Source: Bacillales bacterium UBA784
GTDB lineage: Bacteria > Bacillota_I > Bacilli_A > RFN20 > CAG-288
Length of the DNA: 64,000 nt
Direction of reading: 5' to 3'
Assembly (NCBI GenBank): GCA_002297045.1
Contig: DBJE01000013.1
Location: 272,509-336,508, forward strand
Shown here: positions 36,492 through 46,759 of the stretch, piece after piece
How the letters are laid out: each line of letters starts with the position of its first letter
How positions within the stretch are numbered: position 1 is the stretch's first letter
The notes under the pieces: generated by a model
What the model saw: the letters and a program-made list of their open reading frames with translations, nothing else
The model's database searches: none
What the model was told of the DNA's origin: nothing
Made by a program: the position numbers and the translations under genes

Positions 36492-36673
36492 ATTTTTGTA
36501 TTCCTCTGTACACATTATATAAGTTGGAATCTTAAAAACAATCAACTAGTTTCTTCCCGCCTCTATGGATGATAGGAAAGTCCTTACATTGCTGATAGAA
36601 TAGATTTGGTGGAATGGATATGGGCTGACTAAGACAGAAAAATCCCTGCCGGGAAAGAAAGGAGCAGATTAGG

Positions 36674-37294
36674 ATGACCGAAGAAGAACGCATTTTCAGC
36701 GGGAAGCTTTTTGCTTCCGAAGACAAAGAGCTGATTGCCAGGAAAGAGAAGGCACATAGACTAAACCAGGACTACAACAACTTATACGAAAAAGACGAAA
36801 AGAGCAGAAAAGAAGTGCTTCGGCAGCTTTTAGGCGGCATTGGCGAAGGAACATGGAGGTTAGGTCCGATCCACTTTCACTATGGGTGCCACACTATTGT
36901 GGGAGAAGGCTGTTTCATGAACTTTAATTTCACTGTCCAGGATGATGCGAAGGTGACTATCGGGAATCATAACAATTTCGGCCCGAATGTGACCATTGTG
37001 ACGCCTTTGCATCCTATGCTGGCAAGTGAGCGACGGGGAAGGGTCTGCAGCGATGGTAAGACACGTTTTTTATGTTATGCAAAACCCGTAACCATTGGCA
37101 ATGACTGCTGGTTCGGGGCAAATGTCGTTGTCTGTCCGGGCGTAACTATCGGAGACAACTGTGTGATAGGCGCCGGTGCAGTAGTGACAAAGGACATTCC
37201 GATGAACTCCTTTGCCGCTGGGGTTCCTGCACGGGTGATTCGGACAATCACGGAAGAAGATTCAGTCCGGAATTTGTTTGACGAGATTCATTGA
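36674..37294 (+). CDS. maltose/galactoside O-acetyltransferase-like (left-handed beta-helix) enzyme
   Basis: N-terminal Mac domain (MTEEERIFSGKLF...). Hexapeptide-repeat core IGNDCWFGANVVVCPGVTIGDNCVIGAGAVVTKDIP. Confidence 0.75.
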   Translation: MTEEERIFSGKLFASEDKELIARKEKAHRLNQDYNNLYEKDEKSRKEVLRQLLGGIGEGTWRLGPIHFHYGCHTIVGEGCFMNFNFTVQDDAKVTIGNHNNFGPNVTIVTPLHPMLASERRGRVCSDGKTRFLCYAKPVTIGNDCWFGANVVVCPGVTIGDNCVIGAGAVVTKDIPMNSFAAGVPARVIRTITEEDSVRNLFDEIH

Positions 37295-37424
37295 GCCAGG
37301 CTCTTTTGCTTGATGGAAAGAAACGGTCTTCTTTTTAAAATTGGAAACAAAATGTTTTCTCAGACAAAGAAAAAATCCAAGCCCTTTTCCGACTAGCGGA
37401 TATTCGGCTTGGATTATTCGGATC

Positions 37425-37510
37425 TGGTGCCGGCGGTGGGAGTCGAACCCACACGCCCTCACGGGCATTGGATTTTGAGTCCAACGCGGCTGCCATTACG
37501 CCACGCCGGC
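37425..37510 (-). tRNA. tRNA-Leu (anticodon CAA), class II with long variable arm, CCA encoded
   Basis: The reverse complement is GCCGGCG-TG-...-TTGGA-CTCAAAA-TCCAA-TGCCCGTGAGGGCGT-GTGGG-TTCGACT-CCCAC-CGCCGGC-A-CCA (86 nt). The cloverleaf folds by hand. A downstream hairpin AATCCAAGCC...GGCTTGGATT plus a T-run (about 37370-37420) is a likely terminator. Confidence 0.85.
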
Positions 37511-37583
37511 AACAGATAAAATTATAGCGGATTAGAAAGATAATTGGAAGAAAGAAAAGCGTTGATGGATGAGGATAAGGAGG

Positions 37584-38033
37584 CTAGATTTCTCCTTTTT
37601 CATGTGCCAGGATGATTTTGTCAATAGGGCCGAAGATGCAGTAATAGGCAGGAATGGAGAGCAGGATGACCCAATAAGGATGCCATAAACCAAAGTACCT
37701 TCCGATGAAAAGGAAGGCGAAGAGGGCCAATGACCAGATGGGGAAAAGGCTGAACCGGTGCTTATAGATTGCCTCGAATAGGCCTGAGGGGACAAAACCG
37801 AGAAAGATAATCGGCCAGAACACGGCCCAGGATCCGTATCCTGAAGGGACTTCCTTCTTAGCTAAAAGTAGGCTGAGAAGGATGTACAAGAAGATAGCCA
37901 GACCGGAGAAGGAGGAATTCCTCACGTTCTTAATCAGATTCCTCTTTCGCTTTTTTGCCGCATCCGTAACAATTAACTTATTTTTCTCACCTGTCACATT
38001 GATTCCGTCAGAGTTGATATTTATGTTCATCAT
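37584..38033 (-). CDS. hypothetical membrane protein
   Basis: 149 aa. AAAGGAG lies 6 nt upstream. There are 3-4 predicted TM helices after a basic N-terminal segment. I do not recognise the family. Confidence 0.4.
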   Translation of the reverse strand: MMNININSDGINVTGEKNKLIVTDAAKKRKRNLIKNVRNSSFSGLAIFLYILLSLLLAKKEVPSGYGSWAVFWPIIFLGFVPSGLFEAIYKHRFSLFPIWSLALFAFLFIGRYFGLWHPYWVILLSIPAYYCIFGPIDKIILAHEKGEI

Positions 38034-38094
38034 CGAGTCTCCTTTTTTATTCCTGTTCTATAATAATAGCAGAATTTAAGGAGGAAATTCTCTT

Positions 38095-39849
38095 TTGCCG
38101 ATGTTTCAGATAAAAGAACCTAAGAATCCAAAGAAGATTTCCTCATATTTTCTTCTCCGTGTTCCTCTTTTAATTTTGGTTACCATAACCGGAATTGTTT
38201 ATAACGTCGGAAGGCTCGCCAATCCGATATTTTTAGGAAGACTTGTTGATGTTGTCGCCTTAAAAGACAGTAAGGCTTCTTCTGCTTTTCTTTTACTTGG
38301 TGTTTATCTTAGTGTCATCCTTCTTGTCCAGACTGCCCGGGCCTTAAAGCGTTATTTTGTCCGCCGCTTTGCTTATGAGACAATTGCCTCTAGGCGTTCC
38401 GGTATCTTTTCTGCCCTTAGGCAGAAAAGTCTTCCGGAACTGTCAAAAAGGGATATCGGAAGCCTTTCATCAAAAAGGAGGGGAGATGTCGCAAAGGCAG
38501 TGGAAGGAAGGCGGAAAGTGACGACAGAGATTTTCGATACCATCGTTCTTTTTCTTGTCTACATTATTTACCTTTTCCTTTTTGACGTCCGGATTACTTC
38601 TTTCTCCCTTCTGCCCGTCTTTTTTGCCGTACTTGCCTCTTTTCTTTTCCGGAAGGCCATTTATTTAACTAGTGAAAAAGCCCGGAGAGATAATTCCCTT
38701 CTTAGCCAAAGGACCTATGAGGACTGCGATAAAGCCCTTCTTTACCGGATTTACGGCAGGGAAAAGGAAAATGACAGGTCCTATCTTCAGGCTCTTTCTT
38801 CTTATGAGAAGTCTTCCCGTCTGTCTCAGATACTTACGGATATCTCCCTTCCGCTTACCCAAGGAATTGCCCTTATCGGACTTCTTCCTCTTAGGAGGAT
38901 GGGAACAGACTATGTTAGGACGGGCAAGTCTCTTCCTTCCTTCGCTCTTGGAAGGAGTGAGAATGTCTGGACCGTGGGGGTGTTTACCACTTATCTTGAC
39001 ACCTTTGTCCTCTTAAGCACTAAGGCATGTCATACCTCCCGGCTTTTCTCTTCGAGGGAAAGCGGACTTGTGTCTTATCGCCGGATAGTCCCTCTTAGGG
39101 AAGAAACTACTTCCTTCAAGTCTTCTTCAGCCTATCAGGGACATGTCGTCCTCTCTTTTTCCCATTTTTCCCTTTCCGGGGAAAACAAGGTACTCGTGAA
39201 GGATTTGGATCTTACTCTCCACGACGGGGAAAAAGTAGGAATCTGTGGGCCGATTGCCAGTGGAAAGAGCCTGTTTTTCAAAGCCAGGAGGAAAGAAGCA
39301 GACTATGAAGGATCATTGACCATCAATGGAAAAGAAGTGAGAGACCTTAGCCGGGAAGAATTAGCCTCCTATCTTGTCTATAGGGGCCATAAGCCCGACT
39401 TGTTTACGGACAGCATTGAAAACAACATCGCCCTAGGCGAAAAGAAGAACGTAAGGCCCTATCTTGAAAAAGTGGATTTCCTTTCTGACCTAGGCGAAAG
39501 GAAGGAAAAGGAAAAAACGATTATCGGAAACCGGGGAATCAAGCTTTCCGGCGGCCAGCAGCAACGTCTTAGCCTGGCGAGAACACTCTATCATCAAAAG
39601 AGAATCAGGGTTCTTGACGATCCGTTCAGCAGGGTGGATCTTTCCACGGAGGACATCATTCTGGAAAACAGGAAGAAGGAAAGGGAATCTTCCCTTGTCC
39701 TTATTTCCTCCCACCGTCTAAGTAACTTTGCAAGGAGGGATGAAATCCTCCTTTTTGACGGAAAAGGAAACGTTCAGGTGGGAAATGAAAAAGAACTTCG
39801 TTCCAGCCAGCTTTATCAAAATTTAAAAAAAGGGGATGAGGAAAAATGA
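38095..39849 (+). CDS. ABC transporter permease/ATP-binding protein (exporter type, subunit 1)
   Basis: N-terminal 6-TM domain. Walker A GPIASGKS, signature LSGGQQQRLSLAR, Walker B RVLDDPFS. The start is TTG 38095 (AAGGAGG 10 nt upstream) or ATG 38101. Confidence 0.8.
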   Translation: MPMFQIKEPKNPKKISSYFLLRVPLLILVTITGIVYNVGRLANPIFLGRLVDVVALKDSKASSAFLLLGVYLSVILLVQTARALKRYFVRRFAYETIASRRSGIFSALRQKSLPELSKRDIGSLSSKRRGDVAKAVEGRRKVTTEIFDTIVLFLVYIIYLFLFDVRITSFSLLPVFFAVLASFLFRKAIYLTSEKARRDNSLLSQRTYEDCDKALLYRIYGREKENDRSYLQALSSYEKSSRLSQILTDISLPLTQGIALIGLLPLRRMGTDYVRTGKSLPSFALGRSENVWTVGVFTTYLDTFVLLSTKACHTSRLFSSRESGLVSYRRIVPLREETTSFKSSSAYQGHVVLSFSHFSLSGENKVLVKDLDLTLHDGEKVGICGPIASGKSLFFKARRKEADYEGSLTINGKEVRDLSREELASYLVYRGHKPDLFTDSIENNIALGEKKNVRPYLEKVDFLSDLGERKEKEKTIIGNRGIKLSGGQQQRLSLARTLYHQKRIRVLDDPFSRVDLSTEDIILENRKKERESSLVLISSHRLSNFARRDEILLFDGKGNVQVGNEKELRSSQLYQNLKKGDEEK

Positions 39850-41573
39850 AAAAAACGACCTTTATCTCTTATAGGAAACGTTTTATCCTTTGTCACCCCT
39901 GGCTTAGCTTCCTTCTTCTTTTGACTATCCTTTGTTCCTCCCTTTCTTCCCTGCTTCCGCCATTAATTCTTAGACAGAGGATTGATAACGTCTTTCTCTC
40001 TTCCCTATCTAAGCAGGACCACCTTCTCCTTTTTTCCTCCCTGACCTATTTTCTTTCCTATCTTCTTATTTCCCTTTTTGACATTCTTAACAGCGTCCTT
40101 ATCGATTATTTCGGTTCTAAGCTGATTTATTCTCTTCGCCTAGATAGGAGGAAGAAAAGGCATGTTCTTCCTGCTTCCTATTTCCGCAGAAATGGCTCAG
40201 GAAGGATTTCTAGCCGTATTAGGGACGATGTCTCTTCCTTGGAGTCTCTCTTCAGCGACGGACTGATTTCCCTTCTTGTCTCCCTTCTTAAGATTATCTC
40301 TATCCTTGTCTCGGTTTTCCTTTTCAGCTACCTTCTTGGCCTTCTCCTGCTTGTTTCGATTCCTCTTGTCTTCCTTCTGACGATGTTCTTCCGCAAAAGA
40401 AGGTTGCTTGAGCAACTTGCCGTCCGGAAGAAGGAGAATAGGATTGCCAACGGATTAAGCGAAAGCCTTTCTTCCTTCCAGACCTTAGAGAACCTCAATA
40501 AGGAGGAATACGCAAAAGAGAATCTCGACTCGCTTCTTGTCGACAATAGGAAGCTGCGGGACAGAAGCGCTATCTATGATGCCCTCTTTTCCCCGCTAGT
40601 CAGGCTTCTCCGGGCGATTAGGATTGCCATTGTTACTTTTCTTGTTGTTTCCTTTAAAGACACTTCCTCTCTTTTTGGCTTGTCCGTCGGGACTTTTGCC
40701 GCCTCTTTGACGATGATCAGCAATCTTTTTGCCCCGATTCAGGAGCTAGGCCAGGAAATCCAGGTCAGGCAGGAAGGGACTTCCGGTGCCAAGCGGGCAA
40801 GGGATTTCCTTAATCTCCCGGAAAGAAAGAAATTTTCCGGGAAAAGGAATCCTCTTCTTCTTGATGCCTCTCTCCCTCCGGTCATTGAGGCCAAGAATCT
40901 TTCTTTTTCCTATCAGGACGGAAAAGAACCGGTTTTCTCCTCGTCTTCCTTTGTCCTTCAGGGAAAAGAGAGAGTCCTTCTCCTTGGACGGACAGGGGCA
41001 GGAAAGACGACCCTTTTCCGGATGCTTTTAGGAAGGGAATATCCTACCCACGGCTCCCTGACCCTCAACGGACAGGATATCTTTGATCTCGATGATAATA
41101 GGAAGAAGAAAGTCTTCGGCTATGTCACCCAGGGCTTTCTTTCCGTTCCCGGGACAATCCTTGACCAGATTACCCTTCATGACAAAAGCGTCTCGTTATC
41201 GGAGGCAAGAAAGGCCAGGCAGGAATGCTTCCTGGATGAGTATGTCAGGAAGGAAATCGACGGAGGATATTCGGCACACTTTGATAGTTCCCTTTTCTCC
41301 CAGGGTCAGCTTGAGCTTCTCTCTCTTGCCCGTGCCCTTGTCCATAATCCGAAAATCCTCCTTCTTGACGAACTTTCGTCAAGTATCGACACTCTGACCG
41401 AGAAGAGACTGTTGTCCGCTTTGGACAAGGCGGGCAAAGGAAGAAGGAGGATTTCCATCACCCACCGCTATTCTTCTCTTCTCGCCTTTAACCGTGCCTT
41501 ACGCATCGAAGAGGGAAAGATCAAGGAAGTGGATATCACTTCCCTTTCCTTGGCACAGGGGAAGGAATTATAA
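39846..41573 (+). CDS. ABC transporter permease/ATP-binding protein (exporter type, subunit 2)
   Basis: There is a 4-nt ATGA overlap with subunit 1. Walker [10 protein letters not shown], degenerate signature [13 protein letters not shown], Walker [10 protein letters not shown] heterodimeric exporter with one degenerate site is likely. Confidence 0.8.
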   Translation: MKKTTFISYRKRFILCHPWLSFLLLLTILCSSLSSLLPPLILRQRIDNVFLSSLSKQDHLLLFSSLTYFLSYLLISLFDILNSVLIDYFGSKLIYSLRLDRRKKRHVLPASYFRRNGSGRISSRIRDDVSSLESLFSDGLISLLVSLLKIISILVSVFLFSYLLGLLLLVSIPLVFLLTMFFRKRRLLEQLAVRKKENRIANGLSESLSSFQTLENLNKEEYAKENLDSLLVDNRKLRDRSAIYDALFSPLVRLLRAIRIAIVTFLVVSFKDTSSLFGLSVGTFAASLTMISNLFAPIQELGQEIQVRQEGTSGAKRARDFLNLPERKKFSGKRNPLLLDASLPPVIEAKNLSFSYQDGKEPVFSSSSFVLQGKERVLLLGRTGAGKTTLFRMLLGREYPTHGSLTLNGQDIFDLDDNRKKKVFGYVTQGFLSVPGTILDQITLHDKSVSLSEARKARQECFLDEYVRKEIDGGYSAHFDSSLFSQGQLELLSLARALVHNPKILLLDELSSSIDTLTEKRLLSALDKAGKGRRRISITHRYSSLLAFNRALRIEEGKIKEVDITSLSLAQGKEL

Positions 41574-41586
41574 TCTAAACGCCAAC

Positions 41587-42417
41587 ATGAACAGGAAAGA
41601 ATATACCAGTAGTCTCTATAGTCAGTACAAAAAGGAACCGATTAAGACGAGGATTATCCCAAAAGAGGAAATACTTTTCAGCCTGAAAAACATCTCCCAG
41701 CTTCTTACTCTTGATGTCCTTAAACCGGACTACACCTATCAGGACAGGGAAAGACTTGTCCTGAACAGGAAGGAAGGCCTTCTCGCCCTGTTTACTAAAA
41801 GGGGCCGGAAGGATCCGAAAAAGGACGTGGAGGATTTCCTAAATTCTCTAGGAGGAATAAGAACCCTTCTCCTTTCGACCATCAAAATCATCCGGGAAGG
41901 AGATCCGGCAAGTGACAACGACGGGGAAATCGTTGCCACCTATCCCGGCTTTAAAGCCATTCTCTGCTATCGGATCGGACATCTTTTCTATCAAAAGGGG
42001 AGGAAGGAGGCAGCCCGGGTCATCAGTGAATATGCCCACTCCCTGACCGGAATCGACATTCATCCCGGTGCGAAAATCGGCAAAAGCTTCTTCATCGACC
42101 ATGGGACAGGAATCGTCATCGGAGAGACCTGCATCATCGGAGACAATGTCCGGCTTTACCAGGGGGTGACCCTTGGCGCCCTGTCCTTGTCCAAGGGACG
42201 GAGGCTTAAGTCGGTTAAGCGCCATCCGACCATCCAGGATAACGTCACCATCTATTCCAACGCCTCGATTTTCGGAGGAGAGACAGTCATCGGGGAGGAT
42301 TCCACAATCGGGGCAAATGTCTATCTTACTAAGTCGGTGGACAGAGACTCGGTTGTGTTCCTTTCGGACAAGGGGATTACGTTCAGCAAAAAGAACACCA
42401 AAAAAGGGGAGCACTGA
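41587..42417 (+). CDS. cysE: serine O-acetyltransferase
   Basis: [43 protein letters not shown] is the CysE hexapeptide core. The start is taken at ATG 41587 (MNRKEY), after the stop of the upstream gene. Confidence 0.8.
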   Translation: MNRKEYTSSLYSQYKKEPIKTRIIPKEEILFSLKNISQLLTLDVLKPDYTYQDRERLVLNRKEGLLALFTKRGRKDPKKDVEDFLNSLGGIRTLLLSTIKIIREGDPASDNDGEIVATYPGFKAILCYRIGHLFYQKGRKEAARVISEYAHSLTGIDIHPGAKIGKSFFIDHGTGIVIGETCIIGDNVRLYQGVTLGALSLSKGRRLKSVKRHPTIQDNVTIYSNASIFGGETVIGEDSTIGANVYLTKSVDRDSVVFLSDKGITFSKKNTKKGEH

Positions 42418-42434
42418 TGTGCTCCCTTTATTTT
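42406..42434 (+). terminator. intrinsic terminator of cysE (stop codon in the loop)
   Basis: GGGAGCAC-TGAT-GTGCTCCC followed by TTTATTTT. Confidence 0.7.
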
Positions 42435-42439
42435 GCAAA

Positions 42440-42516
42440 TGGTTGAAGCGATGGGATTTGAACCCATGACCTCTTGGTCCCGAACCAAGCGTGCTACCAA
42501 GCTGCACCACGCCTCA
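42440..42516 (-). tRNA. tRNA-Pro (anticodon CGG), CCA encoded
   Basis: The reverse complement is TGAGGCG-TG-GTGC-AGCTTGGTA-GCAC-G-CTTGG-TTCGGGA-CCAAG-AGGTC-ATGGG-TTCAAAT-CCCAT-CGCTTCA-A-CCA (77 nt). The D-arm and anticodon arm resemble E. coli proK as I recall it. It has an unusual U1:A72 first pair. Confidence 0.8.
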
Positions 42517-42731
42517 ATGTCAGCTAAGTAAGTATAATCACTCCTTTCCTGGAATGCAAGAACTTTTACGCATAGGAAAGAGAACGGAACGTAAGAAATC
42601 AAATAAAGAGAAACCGCTTACATAAAGAAAAAGGGCAATTTTAACTTTATGCTTAGCCTTAATTTATTTAATAAGATTAAAATAATCGTTAGTGCTATTA
42701 GTGATAAAAGCGCTGAAAGAGAGAAAACTGA

Positions 42732-44714
42732 ATGAAAAAATTAAAACGGATTCTTCCTTTGCTGTTTGTTGTTGCCTTGGTTTCGTGCAAAGGCGGGGAA
42801 GATAGCTCGAATTCTTCTTCTGTCCCTGGATCTTCTGTCTCTGAGCCGAATGAGCCGTCAACTTCAACTTCGGCGAAACCTAAGCCGATTGCCTTGACCC
42901 AGGCTAGGATTAATAGCTATTCCACGGTCAAGTCTGTTTCCGTCATTGATGGGCAGAGTACCTTTACCTACAAGGGAGAAACAGAGACCACAAAATCCTT
43001 ATTTAAGACTGAAACTGCTTATAAAGATGATGTAAGGGCGGTTAGCCAATATGAGGAGACCGAGTATACCGATAATAAGAAGCCTTCCGCTCCTTCGGAC
43101 ACACTTGTCAGTAAAGGACAGTTTAAGAAGGCTGATGATTCCACGATTGTTGTCCAGTATCTCGGACTCAACAATAAGCTCAGCAGCCAGTCCACTTCCT
43201 ATAATTGGGATGATAGGGGCTTTGGCAATCCTTTTGCCGCAAGGAAGGCGACTTATTTCCAGCGCAATGCTGATAAATCCACGGATACGGAAAAGGTCTA
43301 TGATAGGAAGAGGAAGGATGTCTCCAGTGCCGACGAGCAGCTTTTGAATCAGATTGTCACCTTCTTCGGTGGCAGGATGATTTCTCCCAAGACCGAATAT
43401 TTTACTAGGAACGGCGGGCTTACCTCTTTCTCTCTGACCATTAGCTCTTCTGCCATTCTCTCCTATTCTGCGACGATCAATTATTCTTATTCCGCTAGTG
43501 GCCTTACACTGGCCCTTGACTATGAAATCACCGGAACCCTGGTGAAAGATGAGGCAGGTGTCTCGGCTCAGTTCTTCACTCCGAAGACCGGAAGCGAAGA
43601 CGCTACGTTTAAGGCAGCTAGGAATAAACTTGCCACTGGCAACTATACCGAGACGAATACAAGGGCTCAGTATGCTTCTTCCACCGCAACTACCGCTACC
43701 CCTGTGTATCAGACTAAGGTTGAACGTGCAGGCGATGGTGTTCGTGGTACTGTCTCTAAATATAGTGGCACTACATTGACGGAAGTCGGGTCTGCATTAT
43801 TTAAAAAGGAAAATAGCGGCAAATATACTCCCATCACAAAATTCGGCGATAAGGGGTACTATGTCGACGGTGCCTCTAGCTCTCTTTTCCCTGATTATGA
43901 TATTTCCTCCCTTTTATTTACTAAGAACGGCAACTCCTATACCTTCGACACTTCCGCTGGTGTTGAATTTGCGTCTTACGATTATTCTTTCGGTTCAGTT
44001 CTTGATGGTTTCTATCAGTCTACCTTCACTTCATTAGTCGTAACCATTGCCGATGATTCCATAACTTTCAAGGCTGATGGCACCTATTCGACTACGAATG
44101 GGCAAGCTTTGGTTTGCTATACTACCGTCTTCTCTCTTAGGGGAACGACTCCGGATGTTTTCACGGGAATCATGGTGAAAGAAAACGGAAGTGATCTTGT
44201 CAGGTCTGATATTTTCTCCGGACAGGATGATTATGATGATTTTGTCACTAGGTTAGGCGGAAAAGACTTCTTCGATGCCATCCCGACCTTAGGCGGCATC
44301 TATAACAGCGGGAATAGGCAGTATACGGCTGCCTCTGGCAACACGGCTGCCTCCGGTCTGCTTTATTGGGATGTCGGAATCAATGATAGGATGAGCAATA
44401 GCACGACCACAACGGAAGAACTTCAGACCTATATCAATTCTTTGTATTCTTCCTACAAAGCCCGTCTGGAAGAAGCGGGATTTACCGTTACGGACACGGA
44501 TGAGGCCTCTTATGGCACCAAGGATATCGAAAAAGACGGAAAGACCTATACCCTTCTAGTCAATTACGGGCTCTTATCTGGAACGGACAGCTCTGGAAAC
44601 AAAAGTTACTATTTTGGTGTCATTCCTTCCGTTTCCGAAAAGACAACGACTGGCAGCGATACCGGAAAGACTTCCTCTGCCGGCAAAAACCTTCTTCTCT
44701 CCTCTGCCTTCTAA
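42732..44714 (+). CDS. surface lipoprotein, paralog family member A
   Basis: MKKLKRILPLLFVVALVSCKG has a lipobox. It shares blocks with the next gene (NPF..R.A..F..N....EK..DRKRKD; IPT(L/F)GG; (S/A)YK...E(A/E)GFTV). Confidence 0.6.
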   Translation: MKKLKRILPLLFVVALVSCKGGEDSSNSSSVPGSSVSEPNEPSTSTSAKPKPIALTQARINSYSTVKSVSVIDGQSTFTYKGETETTKSLFKTETAYKDDVRAVSQYEETEYTDNKKPSAPSDTLVSKGQFKKADDSTIVVQYLGLNNKLSSQSTSYNWDDRGFGNPFAARKATYFQRNADKSTDTEKVYDRKRKDVSSADEQLLNQIVTFFGGRMISPKTEYFTRNGGLTSFSLTISSSAILSYSATINYSYSASGLTLALDYEITGTLVKDEAGVSAQFFTPKTGSEDATFKAARNKLATGNYTETNTRAQYASSTATTATPVYQTKVERAGDGVRGTVSKYSGTTLTEVGSALFKKENSGKYTPITKFGDKGYYVDGASSSLFPDYDISSLLFTKNGNSYTFDTSAGVEFASYDYSFGSVLDGFYQSTFTSLVVTIADDSITFKADGTYSTTNGQALVCYTTVFSLRGTTPDVFTGIMVKENGSDLVRSDIFSGQDDYDDFVTRLGGKDFFDAIPTLGGIYNSGNRQYTAASGNTAASGLLYWDVGINDRMSNSTTTTEELQTYINSLYSSYKARLEEAGFTVTDTDEASYGTKDIEKDGKTYTLLVNYGLLSGTDSSGNKSYYFGVIPSVSEKTTTGSDTGKTSSAGKNLLLSSAF

Positions 44715-44729
44715 GTCTTAAGTCCAATC

Positions 44730-44760
44730 AAAGGGGGCGATTTGTCCGCCCCCTTTTTCT
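44730..44760 (+). terminator. intrinsic terminator
   Basis: AAA-GGGGGCG-atttgtc-CGCCCCC-TTTTT, 16 nt after the stop at 44714. Confidence 0.8.
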
Positions 44761-44862
44761 GTGAGCGTTTACACTGCCGATTTCTTCTCTTTTCTAAGCA
44801 TGGGAGGAAACAAAGCTTTTCTAACCATGTAAACTCTTCAAAGCAGACAAGCGGAGGCATTC

Positions 44863-46695
44863 ATGAAAATCCAGAAACTGACACTTTTGATGATTTCCCT
44901 TCTTTCCCTTCTTGCCGGATGCGGAAAGGAAGAGAGTTCTTCCCTTCCCGACTCTACAAGCCCTAACATCAGCCAAAAAGAAGATCCGACCCCACATCCT
45001 TCCTCTGATTCCCAGGCAGGAAGCAATAGTAGTTCAGGCATTGCCCTTCGCTCCTCCCTTTTGAAGAAGTACGCAAAAAACGTTTTGCTTGATATTATCG
45101 AGGAAGAGAAGAAGGAAGAGGGATATACCGCCTATGCCATTGAAGTCGCTTCGAAAGAGGACACCTCCACGGCCTTCCTGAAGTATAAGGGGGTCTCCTA
45201 TAAGGACGCCTCCTCACCCGTGGTTCCGACAAAGGATGGACTTGTTTCCCGTACGGAATGGTATGGGAAGGACGTCGATGACCAAAAGGCGGTCTATTTT
45301 CGCACAGGACTTGATTTGTCTAATCAGATCACAGAACAGGGCGGAAAGTACCAGTTCACTTATTATGTCAATCCGTTTGAAGATAGGCAGGCCTCTCTTT
45401 TCGAGAAAAACAAGGAATTGTCAAACGAAGAGAAAGCCTGTTTCGACAGGAAGAGGAAGGATGCCGAGTCTAGAGAACCTGGCCTTCTTCTGACAAGGCG
45501 GCGCTTTTTCGGCTATGACCATAGCGCTGATGCCGCGATTTCCTCTTTCCGCCTTTATATCAATCAGGACTCCCTTCTTTCCTTTGAGAGGAAGAGGACT
45601 CCGAAAGAGGAAGGAAGCAAGGAAGAATACACCTATAAAGGGACTTTTGTATCCACTGATCCCTCGACTTTCTCCGACAAGTTCCTCTCCCCTATCAAAG
45701 GTGAGGAAGACGCCAAGCTGAAAAGCGCCCTGGAAAGAATTTATTCCGCGAAAAACGTCAAGGAAGAAAGGACCGTCTCTTCCTCCAGTAACGGACAGGA
45801 TTCTATCCTGCTTTCTGCCGAAAACGACACCAGCGAACATGCCAGGGAAGGCAGCTACACTAAGGAGGATGGGACAAACGGAAGCTATTCCTTCTATAAA
45901 CCAGGCACTCACAGCTACCAGAGCTATGTGGACTATCAGACCAAAGGCAGGTATCTCTACGGAGAAGAACAGGAGAGGAAACAAAAGAGCCTCTCTCCCC
46001 TTCTTTTCGATAAAACGGCAGAAGATGTCTATGTCCTCAAAGATAGGAAAGAGTACTCCCTCTCTGGGACGATTGCCGACTATTCCAAATGTTTCGACCT
46101 TCTTGGCTCAGCCTCTTATCCGCTTCTTGGACTCAAGGTGACGCTTTCCGATGATAAGACAGTCCTTGAAGCTTCTTCCGAGAGGACAAAACAGGACGGG
46201 ACAAAACAGCCGCTTACCATCAAAACAACCTATTCCTCGTTTGGAAGCGTCGTTCCGAAGGTGGATCTGTCCCAAAGGAAGATGACCTGTGATGATTTGA
46301 CCTGGAAGGACAGGATTGGGACGGACGAGGGTTATTCCCAAGTGATCATGGCTATCGGCGGAGAAACGGTCCTAAACAGGATTCCTACCTTTGGTGGGAC
46401 AAGGTCTTGGGCGGAGATTCTCTCCGAACCTAGCGATAGTAGGCCATGCGGCAAGATTGGATTCCTTGTCGACAGGTCCAAGGCCGAAAGCCAGAACAGC
46501 TATTCTATCTCCCTAGCTTCGGCTTACAAGAAAAAGTTCACTGCAGAAGGCTTTACCGTTAACATTGATGGAATAAAGAGGAACCAATTCAAGGCGACTA
46601 AGGCAGTAGGAGATAACAAGACTCTTTCCCTTTCCGTCGGCTTCCAGACCATCGACAATTCCGTCTATCTTGTCCTTATTCCTTCTCTTTCCTAA
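44863..46695 (+). CDS. surface lipoprotein, paralog family member B
   Basis: MKIQKLTLLMISLLSLLAGCGK has a lipobox. It is paralogous to 42732..44714 (see the shared blocks listed there). Confidence 0.6.
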   Translation: MKIQKLTLLMISLLSLLAGCGKEESSSLPDSTSPNISQKEDPTPHPSSDSQAGSNSSSGIALRSSLLKKYAKNVLLDIIEEEKKEEGYTAYAIEVASKEDTSTAFLKYKGVSYKDASSPVVPTKDGLVSRTEWYGKDVDDQKAVYFRTGLDLSNQITEQGGKYQFTYYVNPFEDRQASLFEKNKELSNEEKACFDRKRKDAESREPGLLLTRRRFFGYDHSADAAISSFRLYINQDSLLSFERKRTPKEEGSKEEYTYKGTFVSTDPSTFSDKFLSPIKGEEDAKLKSALERIYSAKNVKEERTVSSSSNGQDSILLSAENDTSEHAREGSYTKEDGTNGSYSFYKPGTHSYQSYVDYQTKGRYLYGEEQERKQKSLSPLLFDKTAEDVYVLKDRKEYSLSGTIADYSKCFDLLGSASYPLLGLKVTLSDDKTVLEASSERTKQDGTKQPLTIKTTYSSFGSVVPKVDLSQRKMTCDDLTWKDRIGTDEGYSQVIMAIGGETVLNRIPTFGGTRSWAEILSEPSDSRPCGKIGFLVDRSKAESQNSYSISLASAYKKKFTAEGFTVNIDGIKRNQFKATKAVGDNKTLSLSVGFQTIDNSVYLVLIPSLS

Positions 46696-46716
46696 TAAAA
46701 AATCCTGGGATAAGGA

Positions 46717-46751
46717 AAAGGGGCTGCCATATCGTGGCAGCCCCTTTTTTA
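46717..46751. terminator. bidirectional intrinsic terminator between convergent genes
   Basis: AAAA-GGGGCTGCCA-tatcg-TGGCAGCCCC-TTTTTT (10-bp perfect stem). Confidence 0.85.
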
Positions 46752-46759
46752 CTGATTCC

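Noticed and set aside
42440-42516. tRNA with anticodon CGG as the possible decoder of the reassigned arginine-box codon
   Set aside because: Anticodon CGG pairs with CCG (Pro), not AGG. The body is Pro-like. It is therefore irrelevant to AGG decoding.
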